NCBI GenBank assembly: GCA_035502015.1
Contig: DATJVA010000001.1
Location: 676 to 64,675 of the forward strand
Direction of reading: 5' to 3'
DNA length: 64,000 nt
Origin: Thermoplasmata archaeon
GTDB taxonomy: Archaea > Thermoplasmatota > Thermoplasmata > Lutacidiplasmatales > UBA184
The notes under the pieces were generated by a model. It was given only the letters and a program-made list of their open reading frames with translations. It was not told the origin of the DNA and did not search any database. The position numbers were made by a program, and so were the translations under genes. This document shows, one piece after another, positions 29,459 through 39,460 of this stretch (position 1 is the stretch's first letter; each line of letters begins with the position of its first letter).

Positions 29459-30607
29459 ATGCCCGAGCCGGACGAGTTCGTCGTCACGCCGTACGAGGTA
29501 CGCGGCCACATCGACTACGCCCGGCTGCGGGAGCTGTTCGGCACCCAGGAGCTGACGCCCGAGCTGCTCGCGAAGGTCCACCACATCGCGGGTGGCGACC
29601 TCCACCCGCTCCTGTCCCGAGGGATCTACTACTCGCACCGGGACCTCGCCGCGCTCCTCGACGGGTTCGCGAACGGGAAGCCGTTCTTCCTCTACTCTGG
29701 GCGCGGGCCCTCCGGACCGCTCCACACGTCGCACCTTGTCCCGTTCGACCTCTGTCAGTGGTTCCAGCGCCGGCTCGGGGTCCCGATGTATATCCAGATC
29801 ACGGACGACGAGAAGTTCTGGGCCCGGGCGGGGCTCACCCGGGAGGAGACCGCCCACTGGGGGCTCGAGAACCTCTACGACATCCTCGCCCTCGGCTTCG
29901 ACCCGAAGCGCACGCGCGTCTTCTTCGACTCCCGTTCGATCTCGGCGCTCTACCCGCTCGCGATCCGCGTCGCGCGGAAGATCCCGTACTCGACCGTGAA
30001 GGCGGTCTTCGGGTTCGAGCCGAGCACCAACATCGGCCTCGTCTTCTACACCGCCCTTCAGACGGTCCCGTGCTTCTGGCCGTCCTGGGCGGAGGGCCGG
30101 TCGGTCCCCTGCCTCATCCCGTGCGGGATCGACCAGGACCCGCACTTTCGGGTCACGCGCGACATCGCCGAGGGGCTCGGCTACCCAAAGCCGGCCCTCC
30201 TCCACAGCCAGATGATCCCGGGCCTGCTGGGCGAGGCGGCGATGTCCACCTCCGGGGACCGGCCCGACAACGCCCTCTTCCTGAACGACCCTCCCGAGGC
30301 CGTCGACCGGAAGGTCCGCAACGCGTTCACGGGGGGTCGCGCGACCGTCGAGGAGCAACGCCGGCTCGGCGCCACCCCCGAGGTCTGCTCGGTCTGGGCG
30401 CTTTGGCGGACCCGGTTCGCCGAGTCGGACGAGAAGTTCCAGGAGGTCACCGCCGGGTGCCGCTCGGGCGCACTCCTTTGTGGGGAGTGCAAGGGCCAGC
30501 TGCTCGAGCGTGTCCACGCCTTCTACCGGCACCACGCCGAGGCCCGCGAGAAGGTCAAGGGGTGGGCCGAGTCGACGATCGTGACGTCGGCCCCGAAGGC
30601 CCTGTAG
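29459..30607 (+). CDS. trpS: Tryptophan--tRNA ligase (archaeal type)
   Basis: VVTPYEV.G.IDY, FFLYSGRGPS..LHTSH, QITDDEKF, PCGIDQDPHFR, AFTGG. Confidence 0.96.
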   Translation: MPEPDEFVVTPYEVRGHIDYARLRELFGTQELTPELLAKVHHIAGGDLHPLLSRGIYYSHRDLAALLDGFANGKPFFLYSGRGPSGPLHTSHLVPFDLCQWFQRRLGVPMYIQITDDEKFWARAGLTREETAHWGLENLYDILALGFDPKRTRVFFDSRSISALYPLAIRVARKIPYSTVKAVFGFEPSTNIGLVFYTALQTVPCFWPSWAEGRSVPCLIPCGIDQDPHFRVTRDIAEGLGYPKPALLHSQMIPGLLGEAAMSTSGDRPDNALFLNDPPEAVDRKVRNAFTGGRATVEEQRRLGATPEVCSVWALWRTRFAESDEKFQEVTAGCRSGALLCGECKGQLLERVHAFYRHHAEAREKVKGWAESTIVTSAPKAL

Positions 30608-30647
30608 TCCGGCACGCCCGTTCGCGGCGTTCGGTAACCTTGGGAAA

Positions 30648-31466
30648 CTACAGGATCTCCGGCCGGGGGAACCGTCGGCGGGGCGTCTCGGGGGGCTGGC
30701 GAGGGTCGCTCGGGCCGGGCGCTTCGGCGCCTTCCTCCGCCCCCTCCTGTACCGCGGTGATCAGCCGGAGCATCGGCCGGAACAGTGAGCGTCGAGCCCG
30801 CTCGGGGTCGAGCGTGTAGGCCCGCTCGTAGGCGGCGATCGCCTCCTCCTCGTCCCCGAGGCTCAGGAGCGAGAGGGCGAGGTCGAGCCAGCTCTTCGCC
30901 TCGCGGGCCCCTTCCCGCTCGCCGGTCTCCTCGAGGTGGTCGTCGGCGGGGGGACGGGAGGTGGAGCTCGGCCGGACCGGTGGCGCTGAGTTCGAAGGAG
31001 GGGTCGGGGGCTCGTGGGTCTCGGTCGGCAGGGGTGCCTCCCGCGAGAGGACGAGCGCCCGTTCGAACGCCACCGAGGCGGCCGGCTCGTCACCGGACTC
31101 GGCCAGGGCGACCCCGAGCCGGTGCCACGCGACCATGTCGTCCGGGGCGAGCGCGACCGCTCTCTGGTAGGCCATCGCCGCGGAGCTCCACTCGTCCCGC
31201 AGGGAGCGGGCCACGCCGAGGTGGAACCACGCCTCCGCGTTCTCCGGAGTAAGGGCGATCGCACGGCTCAGGGCCCCTTCGGCCTCCGCCGCCTCCCCGA
31301 GGTGCGCGAGGGAGATCCCGAGGTACGCCCACGCACGGCTGTCCGCGGGGCTTTCCCGGACGACGTCCCGGAACGCCGCGACGGCGCTCTCGTACTCGTG
31401 CCGCAGGAAGTAGTGAACGGCGATGTCGAAGCGGTGGGTCACACCCGGTACCCGAGCGCCGAACAC
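30648..31466 (-). CDS. Tetratricopeptide repeat protein
   Basis: Repeated AW..LG...A..A..RA..L.P units; start may be the GTG at 31442. Confidence 0.88.
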   Translation of the reverse strand: MFGARVPGVTHRFDIAVHYFLRHEYESAVAAFRDVVRESPADSRAWAYLGISLAHLGEAAEAEGALSRAIALTPENAEAWFHLGVARSLRDEWSSAAMAYQRAVALAPDDMVAWHRLGVALAESGDEPAASVAFERALVLSREAPLPTETHEPPTPPSNSAPPVRPSSTSRPPADDHLEETGEREGAREAKSWLDLALSLLSLGDEEEAIAAYERAYTLDPERARRSLFRPMLRLITAVQEGAEEGAEAPGPSDPRQPPETPRRRFPRPEIL

Positions 31467-31549
31467 GGCGGAGGCGGAAAAGCCTGCCGTCCGGACGGCA
31501 GCACCGACCCCGGATCGGTTTCCGAGCGACGCCGGCGCACGGCGGCGGC

Positions 31550-31556
31550 TTTATAT
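31550..31556 (+). promoter_or_regulatory. Putative TATA box upstream of ssb, implying a long 5' leader
   Basis: TTTATAT in GC-rich DNA, 150 nt before the ssb ATG. Confidence 0.45.
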
Positions 31557-31705
31557 CCTACTCCCGGAGTCAGTCGTCCGAGGAATTCCGAAGCCATCCC
31601 GACCCGAGCGTCCCGCCCGTCCTATTTCTGCGACGAGTGTTCGCGCGAGAAGCGGTGCGCCAGGGCTCCTCGAAACAGAGAACGCGAAAGAAGAGGCGAC
31701 CCGAA

Positions 31706-32221
31706 ATGGTAGACAAACCCCTGACAAAAGTGCGAGACCTGACGCCGAACTCGAAGCAAGTGAACGTCCTAGCCAAAGTGGTCAACGTGGGCGAGCCCAA
31801 GGAAGTCATGGGCAAGTTCGGCGACCCGAGGAAGGTCTGTGAGGCGGTCGTCGGCGACGACACGGCCACGATCATCCTTTCGCTGTGGAACGAGCAGATC
31901 GGATCCATCGCGAAGGACGAGGTCATCCTCGTCGACAACGGCTACGTTTCCCTCGTGCGCGGCCACATGCGCCTGAACGTGGGCCGGTACGGGAACCTGT
32001 CGAAGTCCACGGAGGCGATTGCCGAGGTCAACTCGACGCTCGACATGAGCCAACAGGAGTTCGAGAGCGAGCGCCGCTCCTTCGGTGGCGGCGGTGGCTA
32101 CCGTGACCGCGGCGGAGGCGGCGGTGGCGGTGGATACGGCGGCGGCCGCTACGGTGGCGGCGGCGGTGGCGGTGGTGGGGGCGGAGGGCGCGAGCGCTCC
32201 GACTCCTACAAGCGCTACTGA
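31706..32221 (+). CDS. ssb: Single OB-fold single-stranded DNA-binding protein with a Gly/Arg/Tyr-rich tail
   Basis: KVRDL.P....VNVLAKV; VGDDTA.I.LSLW; NGYV...RG...LNVGRYG (crenarchaeal/Thermoplasma SSB type). Confidence 0.88.
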   Translation: MVDKPLTKVRDLTPNSKQVNVLAKVVNVGEPKEVMGKFGDPRKVCEAVVGDDTATIILSLWNEQIGSIAKDEVILVDNGYVSLVRGHMRLNVGRYGNLSKSTEAIAEVNSTLDMSQQEFESERRSFGGGGGYRDRGGGGGGGGYGGGRYGGGGGGGGGGGGRERSDSYKRY

Positions 32222-32269
32222 GCGGGCGCGACGCATCGGCCGAAATCCGGTCGTCCCCCCGAACCCCTT

Positions 32270-32309
32270 CCCCCGCCCTCCGGGCGGGGGCCCTTCTCGG
32301 GTTTTGTTT
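32270..32309 (+). terminator. Hairpin plus T-tract after ssb
   Basis: CCCCCGCCC-TCC-GGGCGGGGG stem, followed shortly by TTTTGTTT. Confidence 0.5.
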
Positions 32310-32341
32310 AAGTAGGTCCGCCCGCTGTTAGCTCGACCACC

Positions 32342-33007
32342 ATGCCCGATGATGCCCACGAGCTGACGCTTTACGTCCAGTCGAAGAGAGCCGTCACGTC
32401 GTTCTTCCGTCCCGGCCCCTCTTCGTCGCCGGAGTCCGTGCTGGCCGGCGTTTCGCCATCCAGCCCGGCGACGGGCGATGCGGTCGTCGATCAGACGGTC
32501 CTGTTCCTCTCGGACGACCAGGCCCGTTGCCAGGCGCTCGTGGAGGAGACCGCCGTCCAGCGCGGCTACCGCCTCCGCGTGATCGACATCGAGCGCGTCG
32601 GGCGCATCGAGCGCCTCGTCGCCGAGCACCTGCGCGGCGTCCAGAAGTTCCCCGTGCTCATCTCGCCGCTCGGCCGACGCCTCGAGGGCGTCGAGGCGTT
32701 CACCGAGGACGAGCTCGCGGCGATCATGCCGGCCGACCTGAAGAGCGTCCGGGCGTTCTCCTACCTCAAGGTCCGCGGCGGAGACCTCGACAAGATCAAG
32801 CGCCTGCTTGAGACGCTCGCTGAGGTGAAGGAGCTGCACTTCCTCACGGGCGACTGGGATATCCTGGTCGTGCTCGATTTCCAGCCGACCACCGCGAACA
32901 AGCGACGCGTCCTTGACTTCGTGACCGAACGGATCCGGGGGATCCCCGAGGTCATCGACACGTCGACGATCATCCCCGAGTACTCGCTGACGAAGTTCCC
33001 GCTGTAG
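32342..33007 (+). CDS. Lrp/AsnC ligand-binding (RAM) domain protein with a glutaredoxin-like N-terminal domain
   Basis: C-terminal EVKELHFLTGDWDILV...IRGIPEVIDTST; N-terminal RVIDI...GVQKFPVL resembles a thioredoxin fold; no HTH. Confidence 0.65.
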   Translation: MPDDAHELTLYVQSKRAVTSFFRPGPSSSPESVLAGVSPSSPATGDAVVDQTVLFLSDDQARCQALVEETAVQRGYRLRVIDIERVGRIERLVAEHLRGVQKFPVLISPLGRRLEGVEAFTEDELAAIMPADLKSVRAFSYLKVRGGDLDKIKRLLETLAEVKELHFLTGDWDILVVLDFQPTTANKRRVLDFVTERIRGIPEVIDTSTIIPEYSLTKFPL

Positions 33008-33026
33008 GGAAAGCGTCGCGACCGCC

Positions 33027-36000
33027 CTACTTCCGCTTCCCGCGCCGCGGGCGAGGACGCTTTCGACGTGGGGTCACCGGTAGCGCCGCCGGCCGATCCC
33101 CCGTCGCGCTCCCCGGCTCGGCCGTCCCGTAGAGCGGGTCCCCGGTGAGGGGATGCTCCTCGAGCCACGCGACCCCCTCGACGTACTCCGCGAACGCTTC
33201 CAGGCTGGTGAAGAGGGGAATCCCGAGCTCGACCGCCCGGCGTCGGAGGATGTACTCGTCCTCGAGCATCCGCTCGAACTTCTCCTGGGTGAGGGAGAGC
33301 GGGACGTTCAGGAGGAGGTCGATCCCGCCGCCGTCCAGCGCCTCGAGCACGTTCGGGTGACGCTCGGGCTCCGAGACCTTGTGGAGGACCCGGACCCCGC
33401 GGACGCTGCGCGCGGTGAGGAACGCCTGCGTGTCCTCGGTCGCGGTGATCCCGAGGCCGAGCGAGCGCAGCCGGACCGCCGTGGGGAGGAGCTGCTCCTT
33501 GAGGACGGGGCCCCCGACCGAGAGAAAGACGGTCCCCCGGCGCGGAACGAGCTTGACCCCGGTCGCCACGAGCGCCTTCACGAGCGCGTCCGAGAACGTC
33601 GGCCCGAAGCAGGCGACCTCCCCGGTCGACTGCATCTCGACGCCGAGCAAAGGGTCGGAGCCCGTCAGCTGCAGGAAGGAGAACTGGGGTACCTTCACTC
33701 CCCAGCGGTTCGGGGGCAGCGGGGCGACCCCCTCCTTCGAAAGGGGCTTTCCGAGCATCGCACGGGCGGCCTCCCGCAGGAGGGGCATCCCGGTCGCCTT
33801 CGTGAGGAACGGGAGCGACCGGCTCGCCCGGAGGTTGAGCTCGATCACCTGGTAGCCGTGGTCCTTCACGAGGAACTGGATGTTGAACGGCCCGCGGATG
33901 CGCAGGTTCCGGGCGAGGGCGCTCGCGGCCGAGAGGAGCTCCGCTTGGACCTCGGACGACGTGTGGCGCGGCGGCAGGCAGAAGATCGCGTCACCGGAAT
34001 GGACCCCGGCCCGTTCGACGTGTTCGAGGATGCCGCCGACGAGCACGCGCTGCCCGTCCGAGATCCCGTCGAGTTCGAGCTCGTCCGCCCCTTCGACGAA
34101 CTTCGTGATCACCACCGGGTGCTCCGGGGAGACCCGGGCCGCCTCAGAGAGGAACCGGCCGAGGTCGTTGCGGCCGGAGATCACCCGCATCGCCTGTCCG
34201 CTCAGCACGTAGGACGGCCGGACGAGGACCGGGTAGCCGACCTCGTCCGCGAACGAGCTCGCCTCGTCGACCGTCGTGAACGCACGCCACGCGGGCTGCG
34301 GGATGTGCAGCTTCTCGAGCAGCCGGGCGAACTGCGCCCGGTTCTCCGCCGTGTCGATCGACTCGGAGGCCGTCCCGAGGATCGGGATGCCGCACATGTG
34401 GAGGAGCGGTGTGAGGTTCTGGGCGAGCTGGCTCCCGACGCAAGTGACGACCCCGTCGAACGACTCGAAGTCCTGGATGTCGCGGACCCGTTCGAGCGTG
34501 ATCTCCTCGAAGTAGAGCCGGTCCGAGCGGTCGTAGTCGGTCGAGACGGTCTCGGGGTTCGAGTTGAGGACGGCGACCCCGGGCACGCCCTCCGCCTTCA
34601 ACCCGTCCACGAGGTTCATCGTCGACCAATCGAACTCGACGCTCGAACCGATCCGGTACGGCCCGGCGCCGATCACGAGCACGGAGCCCTTCGTCATCGG
34701 GCGCACATCGTCGGCGTCGGCGCGGTAGGTCAGGTAGAGGTAGTTGGTGCGCGCGGGCCACTCGCCGGCCAGTGTGTCGATCATCCGGACGCGCGGACGG
34801 ATGCCGGCCGCGAGACGGCGTCGGCGCACCTCCTCCTCATCGAGCCGGGCGGCGCGCGCGATCGCGCGGTCGGAGAGGCCGAGCTCCTTCGCTCGGCGGA
34901 CCAGGGGCTCGGATAGCCCCGAGCCACCGGCCGCCGCGACCGCCCGGTCGATCGCCTCGACCTCCCCGAGCGCATCGACGAACCACCGGTCGATGACGGC
35001 AAGGCGGCTCACCTCCTCCGCCGAGATCCCGGCGCGCAGCGCTTCGAGGACGTGGAACAGGATGTCCGGGGTCGGAGTGGTGAGGCCGGCGACGATCTCT
35101 TCCCGCGGTCGCGGCTCCGCGGGGGGCACGAGGTCCGCCCGGGGGTCCCCCATGCGGACCGCCTTCTCCATCGCCTCGGGGAACGACGCACCGATCCCCA
35201 TCACCTCCCCGACCGACTTCATCGCCGGCCCGAGCCGTCGGTCGGCCCGCTCGAACTTGGCGAGGTCCCAGCGGGGCAGCTTCACGACGACGTAGTCGAG
35301 CGCCGGTTCGAACGCGGCGGTCGTGACGCCGGTGATCCGGTTCTTCAGCTCGGGGAGGGAGTAGCCGAGGGCGAGCTTCGCGGCGACGTAGGCGAGCGGG
35401 TAGCCGGTCGCCTTGCTCGCGAGCGCGCTCGACCGGGAAAGACGCGCGTTCACCTCGATCGCGTAGTACTCCTCGCTGTTCGGGTCGAGGCAGAACTGGA
35501 TGTTGCACTCCCCCACGATCCCGCACGCGTCGGCGGCCCGGAGCGCCGCCTGCCGGAGCATCTGGTACTCGAAATCGGTGAGCGTCTGGCTCGGCGCGAT
35601 CACCACGTTGTCCCCGGTGTGCACGCGCATTCCGAGGACGTTCTCCATGTTGCAGACGGTGAGCGTGTTGCCCCGGAGGTCCCGGACGACCTCGTACTCG
35701 AGCTGCTTGAACTCCCCGACGTACCGCTCGAGGAGCACCTGCCCGACCGGGCTCGCACGGACACCGCGAGCGACGACGTCGCGCAGCTCCTCGCGCGTCC
35801 GAGCCACCCCTCCGCCGCGGCCGCCGAGAGTGAACGCGACGCGGACCATCACGGGGTAGCCGAGCACGTCGGCCGCGTCGAACGCCTCGTCGACGGAATA
35901 GACCGCCCGGCTGGGGAGGGTCGGAACGTGCGCTTTCGACATCACGCGGACGAACTTCGCACGGTCCTCGGTCGCCCGGATCCCGGCGAGAGGGGTTCCG

Positions 36001-36344
36001 AGCACCCGGGTCGAGGTCCTCTTCAGGATCCCTTGGTCGGAGAGCTGGACGCCGCAGTTGAGCGCCGTCTGTCCGCCGAACGAGAGCAGGATCCCCTCCG
36101 GGCGCTCGCTCGCAAGGATCGGCGCCACGAACTCGGGCGTGAGCGGTTGGAAGTACACGCGCCCGCGCTTCGGAGGGTCGGTCTGGAGCGTCGCGATGTT
36201 CGGGTTGATGATGACGGCGTAGACGCCCTCCTCGTCGAGGGCCTTGAGGCACTGGCTTCCCGAGTAGTCGAACTCGCCCGCCTCGCCGATCTTGAGCGCG
36301 CCGCTCCCGAGGAGGACGACCTTGGACGGCAGGGAGGGGCTCAT
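33027..36344 (-). CDS. carB: Carbamoyl-phosphate synthase large subunit
   Basis: LGSGALKIGEAGEFDYSG, EVNARLSRSSALASKATG, NPETVSTDYD, RPSYVLSG, MGS domain. Confidence 0.97.
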   Translation of the reverse strand: MSPSLPSKVVLLGSGALKIGEAGEFDYSGSQCLKALDEEGVYAVIINPNIATLQTDPPKRGRVYFQPLTPEFVAPILASERPEGILLSFGGQTALNCGVQLSDQGILKRTSTRVLGTPLAGIRATEDRAKFVRVMSKAHVPTLPSRAVYSVDEAFDAADVLGYPVMVRVAFTLGGRGGGVARTREELRDVVARGVRASPVGQVLLERYVGEFKQLEYEVVRDLRGNTLTVCNMENVLGMRVHTGDNVVIAPSQTLTDFEYQMLRQAALRAADACGIVGECNIQFCLDPNSEEYYAIEVNARLSRSSALASKATGYPLAYVAAKLALGYSLPELKNRITGVTTAAFEPALDYVVVKLPRWDLAKFERADRRLGPAMKSVGEVMGIGASFPEAMEKAVRMGDPRADLVPPAEPRPREEIVAGLTTPTPDILFHVLEALRAGISAEEVSRLAVIDRWFVDALGEVEAIDRAVAAAGGSGLSEPLVRRAKELGLSDRAIARAARLDEEEVRRRRLAAGIRPRVRMIDTLAGEWPARTNYLYLTYRADADDVRPMTKGSVLVIGAGPYRIGSSVEFDWSTMNLVDGLKAEGVPGVAVLNSNPETVSTDYDRSDRLYFEEITLERVRDIQDFESFDGVVTCVGSQLAQNLTPLLHMCGIPILGTASESIDTAENRAQFARLLEKLHIPQPAWRAFTTVDEASSFADEVGYPVLVRPSYVLSGQAMRVISGRNDLGRFLSEAARVSPEHPVVITKFVEGADELELDGISDGQRVLVGGILEHVERAGVHSGDAIFCLPPRHTSSEVQAELLSAASALARNLRIRGPFNIQFLVKDHGYQVIELNLRASRSLPFLTKATGMPLLREAARAMLGKPLSKEGVAPLPPNRWGVKVPQFSFLQLTGSDPLLGVEMQSTGEVACFGPTFSDALVKALVATGVKLVPRRGTVFLSVGGPVLKEQLLPTAVRLRSLGLGITATEDTQAFLTARSVRGVRVLHKVSEPERHPNVLEALDGGGIDLLLNVPLSLTQEKFERMLEDEYILRRRAVELGIPLFTSLEAFAEYVEGVAWLEEHPLTGDPLYGTAEPGSATGDRPAALPVTPRRKRPRPRRGKRK

Positions 36345-37498
36345 GCGCGACGCCTCACCTTCCCGACGAACCGGTCGAAGACGAATCCGGCCTCCTGGGG
36401 GCCGGGGTGGCCCTCGGGGTGCCCCTGGAGGGCGAGTACCCGACCGGCCCCGTCCCGGAGCCCCTCGAGGGTCCCGTCGTCGGGGTTCGTCGCCCACGCG
36501 TCCAGGCCGGTGCCGTGGAGCGACCGAGCGTCGACCGCGTAGCCGTGGTTCTCGCTGACGATGATCGCTCGCCCGTCCTCGAAGCAGACCGTCTTGTTCT
36601 GCCCGCGGTGGCCGTACTTGAGCTTGAACGTCGTGGCGCCCCGCGCGAGGGCGATCAGCTGGTGCCCAAGGCAGATGCCGAGGGTCGGTAGCGCGCGGGT
36701 CGACGGGCGACGGAGCTCGGCGACGGTAGCGCCGAGCTCCGCGGGGTCCCCGGGGCCGTTCCCGACGACGAGGCCGACCACCCGACGGCCCTCGAACCGG
36801 GCCGGGACCGTCGCATCGTACGGGAGGCGGAGGACGCTCATCCCCCGGTCGAGCAGCGCGCGCAGGATGCTCGCCTTGACGCCGCAGTCGAGCACCGCCA
36901 CGAGGGGGCCTTTCGAGGGGCCGAGGAGCTTCGGCCGCTTCGGGGCGACCTCTGCCATGTAGTTCTCTTCGGCGTACGCCGGGGCGTTCGCGATCGACCG
37001 CGCGAGCTCCTCGTCCGACGGCACCTCGTCGGCCCCTCCGACGTGGAGAACCCCGCGAAGCACTCCGCCCGAACGCAGGTGCTGGGTCAGCCGCCGGGTG
37101 TCGACCCCACGGACCGCCGGGACCCCTTCTTCGAGGAGCCAGTCGTCGAGCGACCGAGCGCTCGACCAGTGGCTCGGCCCGGCGGTGCCCCGCATCACGA
37201 CCCCGCGGACCTGGACCTCCTCGCTCTCGAGCACCGGGAGTCCCCAGCCGTCGCGCGCGCCGGCCCCTGGCACCCCGTAGTTCCCGAGGAGCGGGTAGGT
37301 GAACGTGAGCAGTTGACCGCGGAACGAAGGGTCGGTGAGCGATTCGGGGTACCCGACCATCCCGGTCGTGAAGACCACCTCGCCGACGTGGCGGGACGGC
37401 GCGCCGAACCCCTCTCCCTCGAACCGTGTCCCGTCCTCGAGAAAAAGGGTCCCCCGGAGAGAGTCCTTGCCGGGGCGATTCGGCACGGGCGGTGACAA
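36341..37498 (-). CDS. carA: Carbamoyl-phosphate synthase small subunit
   Basis: GEVVFTTGMVGY.ESLTDPS, GNGPGDP, GICLGHQ, QGHPE. Confidence 0.97.
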   Translation of the reverse strand: MSPPVPNRPGKDSLRGTLFLEDGTRFEGEGFGAPSRHVGEVVFTTGMVGYPESLTDPSFRGQLLTFTYPLLGNYGVPGAGARDGWGLPVLESEEVQVRGVVMRGTAGPSHWSSARSLDDWLLEEGVPAVRGVDTRRLTQHLRSGGVLRGVLHVGGADEVPSDEELARSIANAPAYAEENYMAEVAPKRPKLLGPSKGPLVAVLDCGVKASILRALLDRGMSVLRLPYDATVPARFEGRRVVGLVVGNGPGDPAELGATVAELRRPSTRALPTLGICLGHQLIALARGATTFKLKYGHRGQNKTVCFEDGRAIIVSENHGYAVDARSLHGTGLDAWATNPDDGTLEGLRDGAGRVLALQGHPEGHPGPQEAGFVFDRFVGKVRRRA

Positions 37499-37624
37499 CC
37501 CGGGCGCCCCGAGGATACGATTCGGCCTTAACGCTTACCCTTCCCCGGACGCGAAATCCGCGCGACCGCGACCCCGCGGGGCCGGCGAGCCATCAAATCC
37601 CCGGACCGGCTGCTCGCGGTCGCG

Positions 37625-38620
37625 ATGCCCGGATTCCCTCGCCTTCAGGAGCGCTACGACATCATCGTCGTCGGCGGGGGCCACGCCGGCCTCCAAGCGG
37701 CGGTGAAGGCCGCCCTCCTCCAGCATACGACCGCCCTTCTCGACCGGGGCCCGAAGTACTCGCGTTCGTACTATGCCCCGCATATGATGAACGTCCCGGG
37801 GTTCCCGGACGGTGTCTCGGGCCACCACCTGCTCGACCAGCAGATCGCCGCGGTCCGGAAGTTCGAGGACAAGGTCGGCTACTTCACTCCGGCCGCGGTG
37901 ACCTCGGTCGAGAGGGGGCCGGACGACTTCGTCGTGACGTTCGAATGGCTGAAGCGGACGCACGTGACGCGGGGCCGGGCCGTGGTTCTCGCGATGGGCG
38001 TCGTCGACCGGATCCCGGTCGTCGGCGGCAAGATCGACACGATATTCCCCTGGGCGAACCAGGCGATCGTCGACTTCTGCCTCGTCTGCGATGGTTGGGA
38101 CCTCGTCGATCGGTCGGTCGCGGTGCTGGGCCATGACGCGTTCGCGGCGCGTACCGCGCTCGACATCCTCTCGTTCCGGCCGAAGTCGGTCGAACTGCTG
38201 ACCCACGGCCGCCCGCTGCTCGACGGAGTGCCCGAGCCCGACCGGTCCACCCTCGCGGCCGCTCTCATCGAGCACGGGATCCCGCACCTCACCTCCGAGA
38301 TGGTCGGCTTCGACGGCATCCGGGAAAAGCAGTTCGTCGTCCGGTTCGCGGACGGGACGCACCGGACCTACGACCGAGGGTTCAGCGGCCTTGGCTGGTA
38401 CGACATGCACCAGACGATCCCGCGCTCGCTCGGTTGCCGGTTCGACGCGGACGGGTATGTCGTCACGGACGACGACTGCCGCGCCCTGTCGGAAGCGACC
38501 GGTGAGCCGATCCCCGGCCTCTACTGCGTCGGGGACCAACGCAACGGTTGGAACCAGATCCCCGAGGCGTGGGCGACCGCCGAACGGGCGGTCGTTCACG
38601 CGTGGGCGTCGTACCTCTAG
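37625..38620 (+). CDS. Thioredoxin-reductase-like FAD/NAD(P) oxidoreductase
   Basis: VVGGGHAGL, CLVCDG (CxxC), GLYCVGD. Confidence 0.88.
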   Translation: MPGFPRLQERYDIIVVGGGHAGLQAAVKAALLQHTTALLDRGPKYSRSYYAPHMMNVPGFPDGVSGHHLLDQQIAAVRKFEDKVGYFTPAAVTSVERGPDDFVVTFEWLKRTHVTRGRAVVLAMGVVDRIPVVGGKIDTIFPWANQAIVDFCLVCDGWDLVDRSVAVLGHDAFAARTALDILSFRPKSVELLTHGRPLLDGVPEPDRSTLAAALIEHGIPHLTSEMVGFDGIREKQFVVRFADGTHRTYDRGFSGLGWYDMHQTIPRSLGCRFDADGYVVTDDDCRALSEATGEPIPGLYCVGDQRNGWNQIPEAWATAERAVVHAWASYL

Positions 38621-38627
38621 CCGCGTG

Positions 38628-39380
38628 TCAGCCGACGAGCGGCGACGGGGAGGCGATCGTGAGGTGGTGCAACAGCTCCGGAAGGTCCTTCGCGATCGCG
38701 GAGGCTCCCGCGGCGAGGAACCGGTCCTCGCTCATCGTCGAGTGGGTCGCCTCGGCCTCGCTCGGGTCGGGCATCAGCGCATAGAAGCGCACGCGCGCGC
38801 GTCGGGCGCACTCCGCGTCGAGCAGATGGTCCCCGATGTAGAGCGCCCGGTCGATCGGGACCTCCATCTCCTTGAGGAGCAACAGGAGCGCCTCGGGGGA
38901 CGGTTTCGCCGGCCCGGCCGAGCTCCGGCTCCGCAGGTAGGTGAAGTACGGCGCGAGCTGTGTTCGGAGGAGCGATTGACGGGCGAACGTCTCCGAGCTT
39001 CGAGTGAGCAGCCCGAGCCGGAACCCGCGGTCGGAGAGCGTCTTGAGAAGCTCGACGGCACCGGGGCGCGGTACCGTCCTCGGCAGCGCCTCCAGCTCGA
39101 TCGTGTCGATGCTCTTCTGGTAGTCCGCCTCGAATCGGTAGAGGACCCCGTCGGGTACGCCCGCGTTCCGCATCTCCTCCCGGGCGGCCTCGACGATGCG
39201 GTGGATCGGTTCCGTCACCGAGAGATGGCCCGGCATCACGCCGTACCGTTCGGCGATCCGGATCACCTCGGAGCGCATCCTCCCGAAGTCGTGGTGGGAG
39301 AGCACGAGCGTTCCATCGAGGTCGAAGACGACCCCGAGCAGCGGCTCCAAGAACTTCGGCTGGGAACCTGGGGGTGGCAT
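38628..39380 (-). CDS. HAD-superfamily hydrolase (phosphoglycolate phosphatase-like)
   Basis: FDLDGTL, LLTR, KPSP, YIGDHLLD. Confidence 0.9.
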   Translation of the reverse strand: MPPPGSQPKFLEPLLGVVFDLDGTLVLSHHDFGRMRSEVIRIAERYGVMPGHLSVTEPIHRIVEAAREEMRNAGVPDGVLYRFEADYQKSIDTIELEALPRTVPRPGAVELLKTLSDRGFRLGLLTRSSETFARQSLLRTQLAPYFTYLRSRSSAGPAKPSPEALLLLLKEMEVPIDRALYIGDHLLDAECARRARVRFYALMPDPSEAEATHSTMSEDRFLAAGASAIAKDLPELLHHLTIASPSPLVG

Positions 39381-39460
39381 TTCCCCTCCGTGACCGCTGC
39401 GAAGACGCGTGGCGCGATACGTTAATTGTTTGCCTCGAGGAGAACAGCCGGCGCGGCCGG

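Noticed and set aside
32083..32190. GGC/GGT tandem repeats as a microsatellite or contingency locus
   Set aside because: Explained by the poly-Gly tail of SSB with mixed synonymous codons
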